NCBI GenBank assembly: GCA_014905635.1
Contig: JABVCE010000012.1
Coordinates: 248,001-312,000 of the forward strand
Source: Scenedesmus sp. PABB004
Lineage: Eukaryota
Reading direction: 5' to 3'
Length of the DNA stretch: 64,000 nt
Shown: positions 52,121 through 64,000 of the stretch, one piece after another
Layout: each line of letters begins with the position of its first letter
How positions within the stretch are numbered: the stretch's first letter is position 1
Program-made: the position numbers and the translations under genes
The notes under the pieces: model-generated
What the model was told of the DNA's origin: nothing
Seen by the model: the letters and a program-made list of their open reading frames with translations, nothing else
Databases searched by the model: none

Positions 52121-52239
52121 ACACCTGCCGGCCGCAAGCTTGACGCACCGCACACGCGCACTCCCACCAAGGTGCCAGCCCGTCAGCGCTCGTTCCAGTG
52201 CCGTGCCGCGACACACCGCGGCCTCCACGCGGCGCGGAG

Positions 52240-52601
52240 CTAGCTGGCCTTGGGCCCGCACCTCGGCAGCGGCAGCAGCAGGTTGGTGCGCGCCACATAG
52301 TCCTGATACTCCTGCGCGCGCGGCAGTGGTCGGTGGCGGCGCGTGAGGGCCGAGGCCGAGGCGCTGCACGGCGCAAACGGGCAGGCGCGCTGCGCGGCGC
52401 CGCCAGCCAGCGCCGCGCCCCCAGCCCCGCGCCGCGCCGCGCCGCGCGCCTGCGTGGTGCCCCAGCGCTGCTGCGCCTGCTTCTCCTGCAGCGGCACGCC
52501 GCTGACGAAGCGCAGCAGCAGCATCACGAACAGCGGGCTCGCGACGCTCGCGAGCTGCGGCCCGGACAGGCCGCCTGAGGCAAACACAAACATGCCCCAC
52601 C

Positions 52602-52648
<47 letters not shown>

Positions 52649-53707
52649 TGCGGGCGGGTGCCGCCGAGTCGGCGCGTGTGCCACAGCTCCACGCTCAGCC
52701 CTCGGCCCCTCAAACCCAAAACCCTGAACCCTGGAAAATGTCCAACCCCAGGGCAAAAAGCCCCACCAGACGAGCATCTCGCCGCAGTAGTTTGGGTAGC
52801 GCGAGAGGGACCAGAGCCCGCTGTCGATGAACTTGCCGCGGTTGGCGGGGTCCTGCGCGCGGCGTGGCCGCGGGCGGGAGCGGGCACGGAGGTCGGCGGC
52901 CGCGGCGGCGGCGAGGCGAGGCCCCCCCCCCCAGGCCAGGCCAGCCCAGCCTCCCCAGCCCAGCCCAGGGGCGCGCCTGCTTGAAGGCAAACTTCTGCCC
53001 GTCCGCCGTGGCCTCCAGCACCAGGCCGGCCGCATACACCGCGCCGCCGACCACGTCGCTCCACAGCAGGCGCGACGGGCCGCCGGCCGTGGTCGTGTTG
53101 AGCAGCAGGACGGGCAGCAGCGTGGTGTACACCCACACCGCCTGCGCGCGCCCGCGCCGGCGGCGGCGGCTGCGTGTGTGCTCGCGCGCTTGGGCGCGCC
53201 GCCGCTGTCGCTGCCGCACATGCCCACCCCCAAAACCATCACACCCAGCAACACCCACACCCAGACCCACACCCACAGCTCGCACACACGCAACACACAG
53301 CACACAGCACGCACAGCGCACACACAGCCCCCCGGCACGCGCCTGCATGGTCCAGTAGACCCAGAAGGTGAGCGGCTTGTGCTTGGCCTCGTCGAAGCGC
53401 GAGTCGTGCCCCGTGCGCAGCACACGCAGCACGAGGAAGCCGCCCAGGCGCAGCGCCCACGCGGCGACAAACACGGTCGCCACGATCTGCGGCGGGGGCG
53501 CGGCGGGGCGGGGTGGGGAGCGCGGGCGGGCGGGTGGGCAGCGCGGCGGGGCAGGGGCGGCGCGGGGGCGGTGTGGTGCGGGGCGCGGCGCGGCGAGGGG
53601 CGCGCCGCGCCTTGCGCGCGTGCTGCGACTGCGCCGTCAGCAGGGAGCCGACCGCCAGCGCGGCGAAGCTGCCCGTGCCGAGCAAGTCGTAAAACTTCTC
53701 CGTCTGT

Positions 53708-53738
<31 letters not shown>

Positions 53739-54248
53739 CGCGGCGGCGGCGTCGGGGCGGCAGCAGCGTGCGCCGGGCGGCGCCCGGCAGCGCTGCTGGC
53801 AGCGCCGCCAACGTCAGCGCGCATGCGCCGACCTTGAGCAGCGCCGAGACCGCCCAGCCGCCCCACTGGATCGCGACGTCGATGATGAGCCAGGAGAGCA
53901 TGCCCCACTGCTTGAACGTGACCTGGTCGATGACCGACGCGGACGCAAAGCTCGCCGCCGCCGCCGGCCGCGCGCCGCCGAGCAGCGTCGCCGCGAGCAG
54001 CGACCCCGCGCGCGCCGGCGCCCTGCGGGGCGGGGCGGAGCGCGGAGCGCGTGGGCGACGGGCGAGGAGAGGGGCGCCGGGCACGCCGCGGCGGCGGCGG
54101 CGCGCGGCGCGCGCCTGAACGTGCGCAGCAGCGACGCGCCGCTGCCCCCGCCGCCCGCGGCGCCAGAGAGGCTGCGGCGCGCTGACACGCTCCCACCGGC
54201 CGCGACACGCATCTGGCTCGCCAGCCGGGCCAGGGCGCGCAGGGGCAT
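52240..54248 (-). CDS. DUF1295 / steroid 5-alpha-reductase-like membrane protein, multi-exon
   Basis: [18 protein letters not shown]....[52 protein letters not shown]. Confidence 0.88.
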
Positions 54249-54586
54249 GCTGCCGGGCGGCGGCGACGAGGAGCTGCGGTCGCGGTCACGCGGGTGTGGG
54301 AGGCGACGGACGTCCGCCTGCTGGCGGAGCGTCGGACGGCGCTGAGCTCGGGATGAGGTCAGCGGAGGGCCAGGGAGCTGTGCGTTTGTGCGGCCCGCTT
54401 GCCGGCGGCGAGGGGTTCGCCGCAGCGGCGCCGCACCGCACGCGTTGCCAAGCTGCCCCGCTCAGTCTCACGCCCCGGACCACTCACGCGCGCCGCCGAG
54501 CGCAGTTTCGCCGTCAGCACGCGCGACAGCAGCTGCGGCGGCGCTGACCGGCACGTGAGAGCGCCCCGCGTGCGGCGATGGCCGCC

Positions 54587-56459
54587 ATGGACGACGAATT
54601 CGACTACGGCGACGAGCCGGTGAGGCCGCGCGCCGCTGCCGTCGATGCTCGCGCGCAGCAGCGCACGCCGCTGCTGACCCCGCTTCGCGAACGGCGCGCC
54701 CAGCGCGGCGCCGGGGGCGAGCAGGAGCGGCTGCGCCACATGGGCAGCATGCGCCGGGCCGCGGTGGCGGTGCAGAACCAGCCGCACGACGAGGTGGGGC
54801 GCCGCGCGCTGGGCGCCTGGGCGCGCCACGCGTGCCCTGGCACGGCCGGCGCGCACCACGCGCGATCACCCCCCCCCTCACGCCCCTCGCCCCGGCCGCA
54901 GGAGGTGGCGCTGAGCGAGTCTGAGAGCTGCGCGAGCCCCGACGACTGCTCGCCCTCCAGCCGCGGTGCGCCCGCGCGCCACGCCCCGCCGCAGCGCGCG
55001 CGCCGCCCGCCAGCAACCCCGCCCGCGCGCGCCGCAGGCGCGGCGTCGCATCCAGAGGCGTCGGCGGACTCGCTCGGCGCCGGCGCGCCCTCGCCACCGC
55101 CGCCGCAGCATGCCTGGGGCGCGGCGCCCGCCGCAGCGGCGGCGCAGCAGCCGCCGGAGCAGCAGCGGCTGGACGGTGGCAGAGGTGTGGGTGTCCCGGC
55201 TGCGGCGCAGCAACGGCCGCCAGCTGCAGCGCGGCCCCGCTGACGCGCTGCTCCCCCCGCTCCCCCCTCCCCCCGCCAGGCCTGCTGTACGACTCGCAGG
55301 ATTATGCCGGCCTGGTTGTGCCGGACGACGTGCGGGTGCGCGCGCCGCGGCTAGCCGCCGCATGAGCCGCGCCCGCGGCCGGCGCGCCGCTGCCGGCCCC
55401 CGCGCCACCATCACCCGCTGCGCCGCCACCTGTCGCCGCCGCACACGCGCACGCGCGCAGGCGCTGTTTGGGCTCATCGCGTCGTGCGCGCCGCCAGTGA
55501 TCGAGCTGGGCGCGCCGCTGCGGCCGTTCATCCCCGACTACATCCCCGCCCTGGGCGGGCCGGACGAGTTTGTCAAGGTCCCCCGCCCCGACGGCCGCGC
55601 CGACGGCCTCGGCACGCGGGTGCGCACGGCGGCGGCGGCGGCGGCGCGGCGGCACGGGGCGGCGGCGAGGAGCTTTGCATGTGCGCGAGCGCGTCCGCCG
55701 CCAGCGCTGAGGTGGCCGCCGGCGCCGCCGCCGCGCACGCATGCGCGCAGGTGCTCGACGAGCCCGCGGCGGCGCAGAGTGACGCGGGCCTGCTGGCGCT
55801 GCAGCTGCGCGCGCTGGGCAAGGAGGCGCCGGGCGGCGGCGGCGCGCCGCAGGTCGTCGTGTGCATCCCGCACGGCGCGCCCGACGCGCGCGCGCGGCTG
55901 GGCGCGTGGGTGTCCAGCGTCGCCGCGCTGCACAAGGCGCGCCCCGCGGCGGCGGTGGCGTACAGCCGGCCCATGCCCGACGTCGAGGCGCTGATGCAGG
56001 TGGGGGACGCGCGCGCGAAGGCAGGGGCGGTTCGAGGGCCCTGCAGGCGCCTGGCTGTGGCCTGCTGCTCAACCCCCGCCCACCGCAGGAGTGGCCGCCG
56101 GAGCTCGAGGCGGCGCTGCGCGGCAGCCGCCTGCCGACCGCCGACCTGGTGGGCCGCGGCGCGGCGGCGCGGCGCCCGAGGCGGGCAGGCCTGCGGTCGC
56201 CCTGGCCCGGCTCACGCGCGGCCGCCGCCGCCGCCGCGCGAAGGAGCTGGACCTGCTGTCGTTCGCCAAGCTGGTCTGTGCGCTGCTGGACGTGCCGGTG
56301 CACGGCGACGGCGGCGTGGTGGAGAGCCTGCACCTGCTGCTCACGCTGCACGCCGCGTTCCGGGCCAACCCCTTCTTCCGCGGCGCGCTCGACGACGCCG
56401 CGTGGCCGGGCGGGCCCCTCCTCGCCGGCGACGCGCGCGCGGGCCTGGCCAGCCGCTGA
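54587..56459 (+). CDS. IFT46: Intraflagellar transport protein 46, multi-exon
   Basis: NQPHDE, LRPFIPDYIPALG..DEFVKVPRPDG..DGLG..VLDEPAA.QSD, YSRPMPDVEALMQEWPPE, LLDVPV..VESLHLL.TL. Confidence 0.9.
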
Positions 56460-57094
56460 GAGATGTCGCAGCGGCCGAGCCAGCTGATGGCACATCTCTC
56501 AGCCAGCTCGGCCGCGAGCGGCTGGGCGCGGCGCGGCTGCGCGGCACCGCGCGCGCTCGCAGCTGCGGGTAGGCCGCGCGGCGGCGGCGGCGGCGGGCGG
56601 GCGGCGGGCGTCGGTGGCCCGTCTCACCGCGTGGCGCGTGTCGGGGGCCGCGCGCCGGGACGAACCGCGCGCGATCGGGGCCGACTGACGCGCGAACTGA
56701 GGCAGCAGTGACGGTGCCCTGCCGCGACGAGTGAGCGCGCGCCCCGCTCCCCACACGCAGGCCGCTGTGCGCACACACAGCGCTGCCGGTGCGCGCGAGG
56801 AGCAGCAGGGACGCGGCGCAGACGCTTCGCACACCCGCACTCAAGCGCCATGCAGCCGCCGCGCGGGGCCGCCTGAGATCAGCATGCACGGCGGTCGCAT
56901 GGCCAGCGAGTCCAACGCAGCGCTGCGGGGCACGTCCTGCGCGAAAAAGAAGGGCGCGCTCGCGAGCCGAGTCCTGCGCTGGGGTGAGCGGCTGCGCCCC
57001 AGCGGGCGTCACCAGCCTGTGGCAGGCCGGCACACCGTTCCACCGGGCCGCCCGCGGCGCCTGGCGGGCGCCCGGCTCGGCGGTCGGGCGCGGC

Positions 57095-60000
57095 ATGCGC
57101 GCTCCGCCGGCCCGCGGCGCGTGCACGGGCGCCGTGGCGCCCCGCAGCGCGCGCGTGCGCGTGGCGGGGCCCGTGATCGGCGCGCAGCCGGCGCCCCCGG
57201 CCGCGCCGGCGGCTCCTCGCGACGCGGCAGGCGCGCGGAGCCATCGCGTGCGCTGCGCCGGCCGCGCTCACGGCCCGCGCGCCGCCGGCGCCCGCAGGCG
57301 CGGCCTCCCTGCGCGCGTCCGCGCCGGAAACGACCGACGCGCCCGCGGCCGGCCCTGCGACGGCGCCGGACGGCTCGGCGCGGGTGCAGGTGACCATCCT
57401 GCTCGAGCGCCGCGTGGCGTTTGGCGAGAGCCTGGCCGTCGTGGGCAGCGGCGGGCCGCTCGGCGCGTGGTCGCCCGCGGGCGGCCTGCGCCTGACCTGG
57501 GGCGAGGGCGATGTCTGGCGCGGGCAGGTGGCGCTGGCGCCGGGCGTGCACGAGTTCAAGGTGCGCCTCGCCCGGGGCGCGGGCGGCGCGCCGCACGGCG
57601 TGATGGCGGGGCGGCTGCGGCGGCCCGCAACGCCGCGACGGCGTCGGCGGGCGCGGCCGCGGGAGCGGCAGCAGCAGCTGCGCGGCGCCGACGGCCGACA
57701 CGCTGGCCGCCGCCGCCGCAGTGCGTGACCGTCAGGCCCGACGGCGGCGCTGAGTGGGAGGGCGGCGACAACCGAGTGATCCAGGCGCGCCGCGGCGGCG
57801 GCGGGGGCGGCGCGCGCTGCGCTGCGCGCCGCCAGCCTGGCGGCTCGCTCGCGGGGCCTCCCCGGCGCCCCCTCCCCCCCGTTCCGCCGCCCTTGGCCGA
57901 CGCCGGCGCCGCGCGCCGCGCGCCGCGCAGGTCCCGGACGACAACGCCTGCGCCGGCCTGGAGGCGCGCTGCGCGTGGGCCGACACGCGCGGCACCGCGG
58001 TGACGGCGCTCGCCGCCCGCGCGAGCAGCAGCTGCGGCAGCGCCGGCGACGAGCCGGCCCCGCTGACGAGCCCGCGCGCGCTGGACGCTGCGGCCAAGGC
58101 GGCGGCGGTCGCGGTCGCGGCCGCGGGCGTGGCGGAGGAGGACGCCGACGGCGGCGCGCCGGCGGCGCGCGGCGGCGCCAGCCTCATCGCGCACGGCTCG
58201 TACGGCGCGCTCGGCGCGGCCGTCGCCGCCGCGGGCAGCAGCGACGACAGCGCGAGCCTGCCGTCGAGCGCCGCCGCCGCCGACAGCGGCAGCGTGAGCA
58301 GCGGCGGCAGCGAGCCGCCGCTCACGCCGCGCGGCGGCGAGGGCGCCGCGGCGCCGCCGAGCGGCTCGTCGTCGTCGTGCGACGCGGGCAGCGGCAGCAC
58401 CTGCGACGACATGGACGAAGCAGCGGCGGCGGCGGCGGCGGCGGCAGCGGCAGGGCCGGAGCTGCTCGCCGCGCTGCGCAGCCCCGCGGGTCGGCCACCG
58501 CTGCTGCCGGTGCCGCCGACGCCGTTCGCGCAGCTCGGCCGCGCGCCCGGCGCGGGCGTGACGTCGCCGGGCGGCGCGAGCGTCGCGAGCAGCGGCGCGC
58601 TGCCCGGCGCGCCGAGCAGCAGCGCGCCGTCGTGCGCGTGCAGCAGCATCAGCATGGAGCTCTCGGCCGACGCGCTCGCGGAGGCCGACGGCAGCGGGCT
58701 GTTGGGCAGCGAGGACGGCCTGGCCGCGGCCGCCGCTGCCGCGGCGGCGCGCCCGCCGCGCGGCAACGCCGACGCGGCGCAGGCCGCCGCCGTCGCGGGC
58801 GGCCGCCTCGGCGCGGCGGCGCCGTTTGATCAGCTGATGGCGGCGGAGCCGGCAGCGGCGCACGGCGACGCGGCGGCCGCCGCGGCCGCCGCTGCTGCAG
58901 AGGCGGTGCGCGTGCGCCGCGCGCTCGACCGCAGCGCCTTCCTCGGCGGCCCGCGCCGCGGCGGTGGCGCGCCGGGCGACGACGTGCTGTCCGCGGCGGG
59001 CGAGCTCTGCGCGCTGGACGAGGACGGGCTGCTGGCCGGGCCGCTGCTGCCGCGCGAGGACACCCTGCCGCCCGCGGGGCTGCTGCGCTTTGCGACCGCG
59101 GCGCGCGATGAGGCCAACGCCTACGCCGACGCCGACGCCGGCGACGACGCCGCGGGCTGGGCCGACCAGGCGGCGGCCGTCGCGGGCGCGGGCGAGCCCG
59201 CAGCCGCCGGCGCCGGCGACACGCCGGGCAGCGGGTTCTGCCGCGACCAGCTGCCGCGGCTCGGGCTCACCGTGACGGTGCCGACGGCCGCCGACAAGGC
59301 GGCCGCCGAGGCGGCCGCGATGCGTGCGGCGGCCGCCGAGGTGCGCGGCGCTCCGGAGCTGCCGGGCGGCGAGGTGCCGGTCGCGCGCGAGGGCCTGCGG
59401 CTCATCGCCGCGGCGCACCTCATCCCGCACGTCGACAAGGTGCGCGCGCGCGCGTGTGCGTGCGTGCATGTGTGTGCTTGGGAGGGGGTCTGCCGCTGTG
59501 CGCGTGCGCCCGCCCCGCGCCGCCGCCGCCGCCGCGCGCCCGCCCGCTCGCCCACCCCGCGCCCCCACCACGCACACCCGGTCGCCCACGACGCCGCCCG
59601 CCTGCCGCCCCTCCCCCGTCCCTAACCCCGAACCGCCAGGTGTCGAGCGGGGGCGAGGACGCCTACTTCATCTCCCCCGCCGGGCACGGCGCGCTGGGCG
59701 TGAGCGACGGCGTGAGCGCGTGGGCCGAGGACGGCATCGACCCGGGGGACTACTCCCGCACCCTCGCCCAGCATTGCGCGGAGGGCTACGAGGCCCGCGT
59801 CGTGACCGCGGCGCGCGCCGCCGCGGCGGGAAGCTACGCGGCCAAGTTTGACGCGCGCGGTGTGCTGCGCTACGCGCAGCAGGCGACGGTCAAGCCCGGC
59901 AGCGCGACGGTCGTGCTCGCCGCGCTGCAGCCGGGCGGGCGGCTGCACGTGGCCAACCTCGGCGACTGCGGCGTCAAGGTGCGGCGGCGGCGCGGCCCTG

Positions 60001-61286
60001 CGGCCGCGTGGGCGCGGCGCCTTCCCCTCCCTCTCTGCTGCTGCCTAGCTCTCTCCCGCACTCACGCGCGTGTGCGCCCCGTCGGCCTGCCGAATCGGTG
60101 CGCGCAGGTCGTGCGCGACTGGCGCGTGCTGCACGCGACGGCGCCGCAGCAGCACGACTTCAACCTCCCCTATCAGCTCAGCCACCCGCGCCTCTTCCCA
60201 GACACGGACACCGCAGACAGTGCAGACAGGTTTGTGCGCCGCGCCGAGCGCGGGACGCGCGGGACGCGCGGCGGCTGCGTGCGGTTGGGCGCGCCGTGGC
60301 CGCGGGCGGGCCGCGCCGCCGCAGCAGCTCAGCCGCCGCCGCCGCCGCGCCGCGGTCGCAGGTACGTGTGGGACGTGCAGGAGGGCGACATCGTCGTCGC
60401 CGCGAGCGACGGCCTGTACGACAACCTGTGGGACGACGAGCTGCTGGCGCTGCTGCAGCAGGGCCTGCTCGGCGCGGCGCCGCTGGGCGGCGGCGCGCTG
60501 CCGGGCGCCACCGACAAGAAGCTCGGCCGCGGCCGCGGCCGCGCGGGGCTCACGCGCTCCGCGAGCGCCACGTCGGCGCTGCCTGGCGCCGGCGACGGCG
60601 CGGCGCCCGGCGGCGCCGGCGGCGCGATGCAGCGCAGCCGCAGCACGAGCCAGATCGGCGCGTGGGGCGCGAAGCAGCTGCGCGCGTGGGGCGGGCGCGG
60701 CAAGGCGCGCGCGTCGGCGTCAGACCTGGAGGGCCTCGCCGAGGAGGGCAGCGGCGACGCCGCGGCCGCGGGCGGCGCCGGCTCCGGGCTCTCCGCGGCG
60801 GCGGCGGCCGCCGCGGCCGCGGGCGGCGGCGTGCGCGCGCGCACGTCGCCGGCCGACGCGCTCCACGCCGACGTGTCGCGCGCGGCGGAGCTGCTCGCGG
60901 CCGCCGCGGCGGCGCACGCGGCGGACAAGGAGTTCAAGTCGCCCTGGAGCGTCGCCGCGGGCAAGGCGTACGGCCTGCTCGCGCGCCTGTTTGCCAAGGG
61001 CGGCAAGATGGATGACATCACCGTCGTGGTCGCGGTGGTGCAGGACGCAGGCAAGGCCGCGGCGCTCGCGGCCGGCGGCGCGGGCGGCGCGGCGGCGGTG
61101 GCGGCGTCGCCGGCGGCGGCGGCGCCCCGCAAGCGCGGCAGCCCCGCCGGCGGCAGCCCGCCCGGCGGCACGTGCGACGAGAGCAGCAGTATCGGCGAGG
61201 CGAGCTGCAGCGGCAGCAGCGAGCCGCTGCCGGAGCCCGCGCCGGCGCGCTGGGGCAGCGGCGGCGACGACAGCGCCGGCAGCTAG
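57095..61286 (+). CDS. CBM20 starch-binding domain fused to a PTC7-type PP2C phosphatase, with a probable plastid transit peptide
   Basis: CBM20 FGESLAVVGS..LGAW..LTWGEGDVW..EFK..WEGGDNR; PP2C IPHVDK..GGEDAYF, GVSDGVSAW, GSAT, ANLGDCG, QQHDFNLPYQL, SDGLYDN, GGKMDDITVVV. Confidence 0.8.
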
Positions 61287-62169
61287 CGCCGGCGGCGTGC
61301 GGCGCGCGGCGCCGTGCGCCCCGCGCGGGGCGGGCGCCGGCGCCGCGGCGGCGCAGTCATACTACCGCCTGGGTGGTTTGAAGGGGGCCCTGAACCCCAC
61401 CTTCCTTGTCCTTGCTTGCGCCATGCTTGACGGCTGCAGCGGCGCCCGGCGGCGGCAGCCGTGGCCGGCGCGCGCGCGCGCCCGCGAGCGAGCATGTGCC
61501 TCGGGAGCGGCGCGTGTGGCACGCGCGCGCCACGCGTGTGGGTGGGCGGGCGGGGCGGCCGCGTGTAGCTAGCTAGCCAGCGCCAGTGGCCGCCCGCCTG
61601 CGCGTGCGTTGCGTTGCCCGCCTGCGTTTTGTGCGGTGGTGGTGGTGGCGGCATGGCATGGTGGGCGGGGCGCGGGAGCGGGCCTCTGGCCGCCGCCACG
61701 CGACGACAACGGGGAACACGGGGGGAGGACCCCGGGGCCGGTCCCAACGCACTTGCGCCTGTGGGGCGAACCGACGCGCGTGTGTGCACAGCCAACGCAA
61801 CGGCACGCGCGCCACGCGAGCGGCGTGCCGCCGCCGGCTGACGATCGCCGGCGGGGCGCCGCGAATAACCGCCGCGGCCACCGGCGCAGCAGCAGTTTGT
61901 GCATCAGAGCAGACACCACACCAGACGCGCGTGTGTTTGTATGTTGACCGTTGCTGCTGCCCGCTCTCTCCACGCCCTCGCGAGTTGCCCCCCGCGCGAT
62001 GGGAGCACCACCCTGACCCAACGACACAACCCCGACCCAACGCACGTGGGCGGCGGGGCAGCAGTAGGAGCCTAGGCGTGCCTGCGTGCTGCCGAGGCGC
62101 TGCGCGGCTTTGTTGCGTGTGACGCGCGGAGATCGCGACGCCCCCCCCCCCTGACCGCATGCGCGCGTG

Positions 62170-62837
62170 CCGCCGGGCGCTGGCGGTGGCAGCGCGTCGC
62201 CCAGCGCGCCGCCCGGCCGCTGCGCCACGCGGGCGGCGCGGTGCAGGGCCCAGGGCGCAGGCGCCGCCCGGCCGGCTGCCCGCGCCGCCGCCGAGGAGGC
62301 CCCCGCGCGCCGCCCCGCCACCCACAGCCGCCTCCCTCAGCGCCTCCCTGCCGCACACGCACACGCGCACGCGCCGGCCGCGCCCCTCACAGCGCCCGCA
62401 CGCGCCGCGCCACTGTTCGAATCGCAGCCTGCCCCCACCCGCGCCGCGCCCCTGGCCAGGCGGGGCGAGGACCTGCGGGCGCCTGGTGACTAGGCCGTGC
62501 CGCCCAGCGCAGCGCCAGGCGAGCCGCGCGCGCGGGCAGGCGGGGAGGGCAGCGGCGGGCGGGCGCGCCGCGCTGCGCGACGCTTGCTGCGGGCGGCGGG
62601 GGCACCGGCACGGCGCGGCGGGCGGGCGTGTGGCGTGGGCCGCCGGGACTGCGCGCCTCGGGCGTCGCTGGCAGGCCCGCCGCCGCGCCGCCGCGCCGGG
62701 GGCGGGGGGGGGGGGGGGCGGCGGGCGCCGCGCGCTGCTGCTGCTGCTGCTGCGCTCACGCCGCCCGCGCTCGCCCCCGCTGCTGCCGGTGCCCCGCCCG
62801 CTGCTCCCTGGTCGACCGCAGGCTGTCAGGTGGCACC
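62170..62837 (+). repeat. Conserved upstream non-coding module, copy 7
   Basis: Shared blocks; GGGCGCCTGGTGACTAGGCCGTGCC variant shared with copy 5. Confidence 0.85.
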
Positions 62838-63782
62838 ATGTCTGCTGCGCTGGCGGGCAAGCGGCACGCCAGGCCGACGACGAGCGTGCTGGCAGCGGCT
62901 GCAGCTGCGGCGGGCGAGGCGCCTGGTGGCGCGGAGGCGGCGCCGAGGTGGGCGCGCTGCTGCTGCTGGTGCCCCCTGGCTGGTGCTGCCTGGAACGGCA
63001 CGCGCTGCCCTCCAGGCACCACCGCCCACAGCAGGCGCCGCCTGACGGCTTGCCGCCTGCCCCGCGCGCCCCGTCCTGCGCCGCCAGCAGCCCGTGAGCG
63101 GAGCTGTCCGACCCCCTCGTGCTCCACGTCCTGAGCTTCTGGTCGCTGGCCCTGCGGGCATGGACCGCCAGGCTGGTCTGCAAGGCGGCGCGCGAGCGCT
63201 TCCGCGGCGCCAGGCGCGTCTCGCTGCGCTGCCCGGAGCTGCCGCTGGCGGCGGTGCAGGAGGCGTGGCGGGTGGTGCCGGGTGACAAGGGGGGGAGAGG
63301 TGGCCAGCGCGCGCGCGGCGTGCGGCGACGTGGCGGGGCTGGCCTGGCTGTGCAGCGCCGGCTGCGACATGGATGACAGTGTGGGCTGGGCAGCAGCGGA
63401 GCACGGCCAGCTTGCCGTGCTGGAGTGGGCGCGCGGCGAGGGGCTGGACCCGGGGGGCGTGTGCAGCGGAGCAGCCGCGGGCGGGCAGTGGGCGGTGCTG
63501 CGCTGGGCGCGCGCGCAGACGCCGCCGGCGCCCTGGGGCAAGTACGTGTCCTCCTGGGCTGCGCTGCACGGCGACCTGGAGATGCTGCGCTGGGGTCGCG
63601 CCCAGGTGGAGCCCGCGCCGTGGGACGGCGAAGCGTGTAGGGTGGCGGCTCTGTCTGGGCAGCTTGAGGTGCTGCGCTGGCTGCGCGCCAACGGCTGCCC
63701 GTGGCAGCGCGCCGAGTGCGAGCGCTTGGCGGACCGGCGCCACGCGGCCGTGGTCGCGTGGATCCAGGCGCAGCCCGAGTGA
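62838..63782 (+). pseudogene. F-box/ankyrin-repeat cassette gene, copy 7, probably pseudogenised
   Basis: Exon 1 62838..62947; exon 2 from 63091 has an in-frame TGA at 63095 (TGG in copy 6) and a frameshift in the G run near 63290; ends QPE-TGA. Confidence 0.75.
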
Positions 63783-64000
63783 GCTGTCGGGAGCAGCCTG
63801 CGTGAGCTCACTCGAGTGTGTCGGGAGGGCTGGCAAGCAGCGCGCGCCGGCCAGCTTGCCGTGCTGGAGCGGGCGCGCGGCGAGGGACGTTGACATGCGC
63901 GGCGTGTGTGCGTTCGGTGGGCAACTGTCGGCGCAGGCAGGCGCGAGTGGCGCACGGTCACGTGGTCAACGGCCGCCGATGAGTTTTTAGGAGGGGGGAC

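Overview
Eukaryotic nuclear DNA with extremely high GC, dense genes and many short introns. The intron style (GTGCG/GCGCG...GCAG), TTTAGGG motifs and algal/plant-type genes point to a chlorophyte green alga, probably Sphaeropleales (inference). Most long ORFs in the track are GC-driven noise; the real genes had to be spliced by eye. Host genes in order: fucosyltransferase-like protein, WD40 protein, mitochondrial pyruvate carrier, aminopeptidase P, kanadaptin, Josephin, DCAF11/LEC14B, a giant secreted vWA + 10x DUF11 + Cys-rich protein, oligopeptidase A, ZOP1, a small KTEL protein, a SES1-like ER protein, a DUF1295 protein, IFT46 and a CBM20-PP2C fusion. The main signal is seven dispersed copies (plus fragments) of a ~1.6-1.8 kb cassette. 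Each has a conserved ~600 bp non-coding module and an intron-containing gene for a basic-motif/F-box/ankyrin-repeat protein resembling giant-virus types. The non-coding DNA and ankyrin scaffold are conserved, while the predicted binding-surface residues differ between copies. Copies lie just downstream of host genes, mostly in convergent gaps, and range from intact to pseudogenised. Also notable are frequent GC-AG introns and telomere-like repeats inside introns. All identifications come from motif recognition by eye; no searches were run and boundaries are approximate.
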